Below, piece by piece: positions 48,806 to 54,394 of a stretch of 54,394 nucleotides of DNA (positions are counted from its first letter, which is position 1; every line of letters begins with the position of its first letter). The stretch comes from Chitinivibrionales bacterium (lineage in GTDB: Bacteria > Fibrobacterota > Chitinivibrionia > Chitinivibrionales > WJKA01). The stretch spans positions 1-54,394 of the forward strand of contig WJLZ01000143.1 of assembly GCA_014728215.1 (NCBI GenBank), read 5' to 3'. The position numbers were made by a program, and so were the translations under genes. The notes under the pieces are model-generated. The model had not been told where the DNA came from. It saw only the letters and a list, made by a program, of their open reading frames with translations, and did not search any database.

Positions 48806-50272
48806 TTATGTTCTGTCAGCTGCCTTGTTTTTGTTATCACCCGAAGTTTCTCCGGATTCGACAAAATACTCCCGCCAGTAGGCATCGGTTAATTCGGCGA
48901 GACGACTCCCGAAATCTTCCAGCGCAGCATGATAGCCGGTATCTTCCATCGCATGCCGGGCAGCGTCATCCTGGGGCTTTACATTACAGCCCTGTGCGAT
49001 GTCCATGAATTCGCCATGATGGTCTCTGAACAGACAGGGCCTGAGCAGATTTTCTTTGCGATCGATATACCGCTGCTGCCAGCTTCTTCCACCGGCAAAG
49101 AAATCAGAAAAGAGGGCATCAACCAGGGTCTTGTTTTGAGCATAGAGATTACGGACATTATCCTTGAAATAGGGGACAAAGACACAGGGCATGATATTGC
49201 CGTTCCAGTCGATATAGAAATACCCGTTACCGCCTTTGGCACAGGAGATACATCCCCGTGACGCGTGCGCACTGTTCCAGAAATCGGCGATAAACCACGG
49301 ATGCTCCCGGATGACCTTTTTACATTTTTTAAAGAGTTCAAACCGCTGCTCCGGCGTGATCATGTGATGAGGAGCGAACTCCCGTCCGATCGGCATATAA
49401 TGAAACATCCACATATAGGTTGCTCCGAGCGTATCAAAGCAGTACTCGTAGAATCTGTCCGACAGCATCAGATCGATATTTTCAGGGGTAACTGTTACCG
49501 AAATACCGAAAGGCACGCCCTGGTGACAGAGCTTTTCAAAGGCGTTCATGATTTTACCGTAGGTTCCTTTACCCCTGCGCTTGTCGGTCTGGTCTTCGAA
49601 ACCTTCAAGTGATACCGCAGGAGTGAGATTACCAAGGTCGGCCAGACGACGGGCGATATCGTTAGTGATAAGTGTTCCATTGGTGTACATCAGAAAATAG
49701 GCATCGGAGTTGAACTGTTCGGCAAGATCGAAAATCTTTTTCCCCTCACTCTCGTACAGCAGCGGCTCACCTCCTGAAATGACAAAAAACCGCATTCCCA
49801 TCAGATTGTGGGCTTCGGAAATAATCCGCTCGACGACGGGCCATTCCAGTGTCTGCTGCGTTCCGGGCAATGAAGATGCATAACAACCGGCACAGTTGAG
49901 ATTGCAACGCTGTGTGGGGCTCAGCACCATGAAATAGGGCGGCGGAACGTTATGTTCCTTTGTATATCTTTGACCAACCGTATTTTTGGAATATCCAAGA
50001 ATAGCCGGTGAGATCAGTTTGTCAATAGCACTCACCACCGCCTTGCGGGAAACCCTTCCCTGCTTAATGTTGTTCAGGATACATTCATACATGCTCCGCA
50101 GTACATGATATCGCTCTATCCTTGTATTTCTGGTCAGATTGGAATTCTTTTCGTCAACAACGGCATGATAAAACCAGTCTTCAAAATGTTTCCGCGTAAA
50201 CTCTCCCGTCATTCCCTCATTAAGCAGCAATTGCGTAAAAACGGAAACAATGGCACTTTTATTGAACAGCAT
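48806..50272 (-). CDS. Radical SAM/SPASM-domain enzyme with a ~130-150-aa N-terminal extension (possible RiPP-recognition-element-type peptide-modifying maturase)
   Basis: Start taken at MLFNKS after a strong RBS AAAGGAGTG (ORF opens at 50326). CNLNCAGCY radical SAM cluster motif, then GGEPLL. A C-terminal Cys-rich SPASM-like segment CISCAKGGNGYFYIDWNGNIMPC. The N-terminal extension and the ~100-aa C-terminal tail have no recognisable family. Confidence 0.7.
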   Translation of the reverse strand: MLFNKSAIVSVFTQLLLNEGMTGEFTRKHFEDWFYHAVVDEKNSNLTRNTRIERYHVLRSMYECILNNIKQGRVSRKAVVSAIDKLISPAILGYSKNTVGQRYTKEHNVPPPYFMVLSPTQRCNLNCAGCYASSLPGTQQTLEWPVVERIISEAHNLMGMRFFVISGGEPLLYESEGKKIFDLAEQFNSDAYFLMYTNGTLITNDIARRLADLGNLTPAVSLEGFEDQTDKRRGKGTYGKIMNAFEKLCHQGVPFGISVTVTPENIDLMLSDRFYEYCFDTLGATYMWMFHYMPIGREFAPHHMITPEQRFELFKKCKKVIREHPWFIADFWNSAHASRGCISCAKGGNGYFYIDWNGNIMPCVFVPYFKDNVRNLYAQNKTLVDALFSDFFAGGRSWQQRYIDRKENLLRPCLFRDHHGEFMDIAQGCNVKPQDDAARHAMEDTGYHAALEDFGSRLAELTDAYWREYFVESGETSGDNKNKAADRT

Positions 50273-50719
50273 ATAACACTCCTTTTTACTTTTTGTAATT
50301 GCGTTTCGATCACCCGGGTATGACACCCATCTCCTACACCACCTCTATTTTTGACAGGCTGCGAGTAATTCCAGTCACGACGCCGGGACAGGACAATTTC
50401 CGAAAAGTTAGTGATAAATACTTTTCCCCTCGGATAATACTTAACCCCTGGGCAAATATTACTCACAACCGATAACACCAATCACGCAAAAAGTATACCA
50501 TCGTGCATACCGCCTTCGTCTACCGGAGCGACTTCTCCTGTTTAAATAAAATCATAGTACTTCTCTCATCTTTTTCCCACTATCGGGAATCTACTTTGCG
50601 TATTTGAAAAGAACAGGAGGAGACCTTCCCGGCAATTTACTTCAGAAGGGTTTAGGCATAATAATTGCGTATAATAAGAATCTGAACTATTTATTTTTCT
50701 ATCAAAGGATCTCACCATA

Positions 50720-53146
50720 ATGGAGTCTATCGATAAAAATTTCAATACCACAGACCGACAACTTATCTATGAAGGGTATAATCCTGAAGAAGAGCCTTTA
50801 CGGGAGGCGTTATGCACCCTGGGAAACGGCTATTTTGCCACCCGGGGTGCGCATGAGAGTACGACCGACGATTCGATCCATTATCCCGGCACCTATATAC
50901 CAGGCGGCTATAACCGTCTGGAATCCAATGTCCGGGGACAGATCATAGAAAATGAAGATCTGGTCAACTGGCCCAACTGGCTCCCCTTAACGTTCCGTTA
51001 TACCGAGGATGAGGTCTGGTTTTCACCAGATACGGTTGAACTGACAACCTACCGTCAAATTCTCGACCTCAAAACCGGCACTCTCACCTATATCCACGAA
51101 TTCATGGATGACAGGGGGAGAAAAACCAGAATTGAAAGCATGCGTTTTATTCATATGGGTAAGCGGCATCTGGCATCCCTGCGCTGGCGACTCACTCCCC
51201 TGAACTGGTCGGGTGATATTATTATCCGTTCGGCCCTTGACGGCAGGGTCAGCAACAATCTGGTAGCACGGTACCGTCAACTGAACGGCAACCACCTTCA
51301 ACCACTCAAAACAGGCTACAGCACCGAAAACATCATCTATCTGAAAGTGCGTACGGTTCAATCGGATATCCACCTGGCCCAGGCTGCGCGCACCGAGGTG
51401 TTCGATGCCGACGATTCTCCGGCCGCAGCGAAACGGATAACCCGCCAGGAAGAAGCGTACATCGCCCAGGATCTTTTTCTCTCGTGCCGGAAAAATCATC
51501 CTCTTTATGTGGAAAAAGTGGTCAGCCTGCATACTTCCCGGGATGTTGCAACCAGTGAATCGATTTATCAATCGACCAACTCACTGGTAAAAGCACCCCG
51601 GATCGACACTCTTTATACCATGCAGAAAAGGGCGTGGAAACATCTGTGGGAACGATTCGACCACCGTGTGGAAGATCATAAACAGACACAAAAAATCCTC
51701 CACCTTCATGCATTCCATCTCCTGCAAACCATTTCGATCAACAGTATCGATCTGGATACAGGCATTCCTCCACGGGGCCTTCATGGGGAAGCGTACCGTG
51801 GCCATATCATGTGGGATGAGCTGTTTGTATTTCCCTTTCTCAATTACCGTCTTCCGGTCCTCACCCGGTCATTGCTCATGTACCGGTATCGCCGTCTTGA
51901 CGCAGCACGGAATGCCGCTCGCGAAGCAGGCTATAAAGGCGCCATGTTTCCCTGGCAGAGCGGCAGTGACGGCAGGGAAGAAAGCCAGAGCATTCATCTT
52001 AATCCATTGTCGGGTCGGTGGGTATCCGATATTACCCATTTGCAGCGGCATGTAGGTGCGGCAATCGCCTATTCGATCCAGCAATATTATCAGACCACCG
52101 ACGACAAAGAATTTCTTTACTTTTTCGGCGCAGAGCTTATTCTCGAAATAGCCCGTTTCTGGTGTTCCCTGGCCGAATATAATCCGGATAAAAAACGCTA
52201 CGAAATAAAAGGCGTCATCGGACCCGATGAATATCATACGGCATATCCATCATCTGAAAGACAGGGAATCGACAACAACGCCTACACCAACATCATGGCT
52301 GTATGGGTATTGAAATATGCATTAAAGACCCTCGACATTCTTGATACCCCACGGCGGGAAGAACTCTGTGAAGATCTCCAGCTCTCACCTGCAGAGCTTC
52401 AGCTTTGGGATGAAGTCAGCCGAAAAATGTTTGTTCCTTTTATGGAAGACGGTATTATCGCTCAGTTTGAAGGATATGATCAGCTCAAGGAACTCGACTG
52501 GGTAACCTACCGGACTAAACATGGTGAAAACCTGCGCCTCGATCGTATACTCGAAAGCGAAAACGATTCGGTAAACAATTATAAGGCAAGCAAGCAGGCC
52601 GATGTGCTCATGCTTTTTTACCTGTTCTCCTCTGCCGAACTTCGTTCACTTTTCGAACGGCTGGAATATCCATTCGACCCCGATCTCATACGGCGCGCAA
52701 TCGATTACTACCGTTCCCGGACATCGCACGGTTCCACCCTCAGCCGCCTGGTTTTTTCCTGGGTTCAGGCCCGGTCCGACCGTGATTCGTCATGGAAAGC
52801 TTATGAAAAGGCACTGGTCAGTGATTTCCGCGATGTCCAGGGTGGCACTACCCCGGAAGGGATCCACCTTGCAGCTATGGCCGGGACACTCGATATCATG
52901 CAGCGCTGCTATTCGGGCGTGGAAGTGAGAGACGATGTTCTCTATATCAATCCTCACCTCCCGGAAGACCTGCACGAATTATCGTTCCGCATACGATACC
53001 GGAGCCACTGGATGGACCTGACTATCAACCGAACATCGCTCCGGATATGCTTTGAGGGGGGCTGGGGAAATCCTGTTACCATTGAAGCGGACGGCGAACG
53101 GTTCACTTTCAGCGAAAAAGGCAGTAAAACAATTTCCTTTACATAA
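50720..53146 (+). CDS. Glycoside hydrolase family 65 phosphorylase (kojibiose/trehalose/maltose phosphorylase-like)
   Basis: 808 aa. The N-terminal LGNGYFATRG motif is characteristic of GH65 N-terminal domains. Central (alpha/alpha)6 catalytic region with conserved acidic/His blocks. Length is typical of GH65. Confidence 0.8.
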   Translation: MESIDKNFNTTDRQLIYEGYNPEEEPLREALCTLGNGYFATRGAHESTTDDSIHYPGTYIPGGYNRLESNVRGQIIENEDLVNWPNWLPLTFRYTEDEVWFSPDTVELTTYRQILDLKTGTLTYIHEFMDDRGRKTRIESMRFIHMGKRHLASLRWRLTPLNWSGDIIIRSALDGRVSNNLVARYRQLNGNHLQPLKTGYSTENIIYLKVRTVQSDIHLAQAARTEVFDADDSPAAAKRITRQEEAYIAQDLFLSCRKNHPLYVEKVVSLHTSRDVATSESIYQSTNSLVKAPRIDTLYTMQKRAWKHLWERFDHRVEDHKQTQKILHLHAFHLLQTISINSIDLDTGIPPRGLHGEAYRGHIMWDELFVFPFLNYRLPVLTRSLLMYRYRRLDAARNAAREAGYKGAMFPWQSGSDGREESQSIHLNPLSGRWVSDITHLQRHVGAAIAYSIQQYYQTTDDKEFLYFFGAELILEIARFWCSLAEYNPDKKRYEIKGVIGPDEYHTAYPSSERQGIDNNAYTNIMAVWVLKYALKTLDILDTPRREELCEDLQLSPAELQLWDEVSRKMFVPFMEDGIIAQFEGYDQLKELDWVTYRTKHGENLRLDRILESENDSVNNYKASKQADVLMLFYLFSSAELRSLFERLEYPFDPDLIRRAIDYYRSRTSHGSTLSRLVFSWVQARSDRDSSWKAYEKALVSDFRDVQGGTTPEGIHLAAMAGTLDIMQRCYSGVEVRDDVLYINPHLPEDLHELSFRIRYRSHWMDLTINRTSLRICFEGGWGNPVTIEADGERFTFSEKGSKTISFT

Positions 53147-53167
53147 AATAAGGAGCGAAACCCAGCG

Positions 53168-53932
53168 ATGGTACGAAAAAGCCGTGAGGAAAAGCTCAAA
53201 AGCGAGCATCTACCGGAACGTGTCCAGGAACGCATACGCCACACCAGAAAAGAGAGCGTTCTGAGTGACTCGGTTCTGGGCGGCATTGATGGTGCGGTGA
53301 CAACATTTGCGGTTGTAGCGGGCGCCCGGGGAGGTGGATTTGCGCCCATGGTCACAATTGTCCTGGGACTTGCCAATCTTCTGGCCGATGGTTTCAGTAT
53401 GGCGGTGAGTAATTATGAAGCCCAGACTGCGCAAAAAGATGAGGTTAAAAAGCTGAAAGCCCAGGAAGAACGACAGGTCAGTGAAATTCCTGAAGGTGAA
53501 AAAGAAGAAATCCGGGCGATATTCCGGATCAAGGGTTTTAGGGGCGATATTTTGGAAAAAATTGTCGCCACCATTACCGCAAATCCGCAGGTGTGGATCG
53601 ATACGATGCTCCATGAAGAACTCGGTGTAAGCGAAGAAAGGAAAAAACCTGTCCTTTCGGCAGCTGCTACCTTTACAACCTTTCTGGTAATCGGTATCAT
53701 CCCGCTCATCCCTTTTCTGCTTCCTCTTCCCCTTTTTTCGGTCCCCCTCCCTTTCAGTGTGGGTCTGACAGCACTCACGTTCCTCGGCATCGGAATGACA
53801 AAAGGGAAAATCCTTCAGCGCCCGGTATTTGCCTCAGGAATTCAAACCCTTTTCACCGGTGGCGCAGCAGCCGTTCTGGCCTATGTAACAGCTATCCTGG
53901 TACGAAATATTTACCCGGATGTTGGAGGGTGA
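53168..53932 (+). CDS. VIT1/CCC1-family iron/manganese transporter
   Basis: The N-terminal motif VLGGIDGAVTTFAVVAGA...LANLLADGFSMAVSNY is typical of the VIT1/CCC1 family. The C-terminal half is hydrophobic. Confidence 0.8.
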   Translation: MVRKSREEKLKSEHLPERVQERIRHTRKESVLSDSVLGGIDGAVTTFAVVAGARGGGFAPMVTIVLGLANLLADGFSMAVSNYEAQTAQKDEVKKLKAQEERQVSEIPEGEKEEIRAIFRIKGFRGDILEKIVATITANPQVWIDTMLHEELGVSEERKKPVLSAAATFTTFLVIGIIPLIPFLLPLPLFSVPLPFSVGLTALTFLGIGMTKGKILQRPVFASGIQTLFTGGAAAVLAYVTAILVRNIYPDVGG

Positions 53933-54018
53933 GGAAGAAAAAAGGGTAATGATCGACGAAAGTAGGTGATATAGGAACAACGTTCCGTGAAAAAGGTCTG
54001 TACCCGCAGCATCAGGTA

Positions 54019-54394
54019 CTATTTCAAAACGCGCACTTTCACCCCCATTTTCTCAAGCGCCTTTTCGGCAAGGTTTCCCCAGTTCTTTCGTGCCCGGGGG
54101 TTTGCGGGACTGGGATGCGGAATATTGCCGATAACGACCTCGGCGCCGGCCAGGCTTTCACGACATTGCCTTTCTGCAAACCGGCCGATTCCAGCGACAT
54201 ACCGGGGTTTAAGATATTCGACCGTGTGGAGAAGTGCCTTATTGCATGCATCGAGCAGGGGTTTCCGTTCGGCAACCGGAATTTTGTCCGGTGTGATATT
54301 TTTACCCGATGAATCGAAAAAAATGAGCGGACAAAAGTTGGCCACGAAATATCTTTCAAAAAAGGTCTGCGGCATACCATACCGTGTCATGGCC
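54019..54394 (-). CDS. SMUG1-like uracil-DNA glycosylase, C-terminal part (the gene continues beyond the window end)
   Basis: The C-terminal motif GNIPHPSPANPRARKNW matches the SMUG-family HPSPRNP(QAN)KxW signature, preceded by FCPLIFFD (active-site region). The ORF runs off the 3' edge of the window. Confidence 0.6.
   Translation of the reverse strand, partial: AMTRYGMPQTFFERYFVANFCPLIFFDSSGKNITPDKIPVAERKPLLDACNKALLHTVEYLKPRYVAGIGRFAERQCRESLAGAEVVIGNIPHPSPANPRARKNWGNLAEKALEKMGVKVRVLK

Noticed and set aside
51023-51571. 182-aa minus-strand ORF inside the GH65 gene
   Set aside because: It is contained in, and antisense to, an 808-aa gene with strong family motifs.
1-54394. CRISPR arrays, tRNA/rRNA genes, integrases or transposases
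   Set aside because: No direct-repeat/spacer periodicity, no cloverleaf-like conserved tRNA blocks, and no integrase or transposase-like ORFs were recognised on reading the sequence and ORF track. The one recently duplicated sequence seen is the rhomboid gene pair.

Overview
This 54.4-kb window looks like chromosomal DNA from an anaerobic bacterium. GC is moderately high, except for an AT-rich segment at about 31.5-35.2 kb. The anaerobic call rests on the [NiFe]-hydrogenase maturation genes hypB(partial)-hypF-hypC-hypD-hypE, a single-polypeptide pyruvate:ferredoxin oxidoreductase, a superoxide reductase and a radical SAM enzyme. One protein ends in a T9SS-type C-terminal sorting domain, which suggests an FCB-group-like lineage.

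Features called, in order:
- hypB-F-C-D-E.
- A 1.9-kb islet between hypE and pncB carrying an excisionase-family HTH gene and a winged-helix + NucS/DUF91-like PD-(D/E)xK nuclease.
- Nicotinate phosphoribosyltransferase.
- A PolX-like HhH protein with no polymerase palm.
- A DUF1614-like membrane protein, a Met-rich secreted protein, a MerA-like flavoprotein disulfide reductase and an outer-membrane beta-barrel.
- A conserved ydbH-ynbE-ydbL (AsmA-like) operon.
- A putative outer-membrane porin-like beta-barrel.
- A dihydroorotate-dehydrogenase-like gene immediately downstream of PFOR.
- OsmC.
- Two repeat-containing lipoproteins.
- A TolC-MFP-RND efflux operon.
- The AT-rich island: a VIT-domain/T9SS-CTD secreted protein, a secreted hypothetical and a truncated CE4 deacetylase.
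- A GGDEF diguanylate cyclase.
- A hypothetical polytopic membrane protein.
- A TamA/BamA-like Omp85 protein.
- Two tandem, about 70%-identical rhomboid paralogs flanking a hypothetical gene.
- An oxidative/general-stress cluster: Cu/Zn SOD, nicotinamidase, a BON protein, a PRC-barrel protein, an NAD(P)H:rubredoxin-oxidoreductase-like flavoprotein, 1Fe superoxide reductase, and a Family-1 encapsulin shell gene preceded by an encapsulated-ferritin (EncFtn) cargo gene with a C-terminal targeting peptide.
- An archaemetzincin gene split by a frameshift.
- An orphan radical SAM/SPASM enzyme with a ~150-aa N-terminal extension.
- A GH65 phosphorylase.
- A VIT1/CCC1 transporter.
- A partial SMUG-like uracil-DNA glycosylase.

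No rRNA, tRNA, CRISPR array, integrase or transposase was recognised. The most interesting loci are the EncFtn-encapsulin-SOR-NROR cluster, the HTH/nuclease islet with a C9 homopolymer in its divergent promoter region, the Met-rich protein/MerA-like reductase cluster, the duplicated rhomboids around an unknown gene, the orphan radical SAM/SPASM enzyme and the AT-rich T9SS-cargo island.
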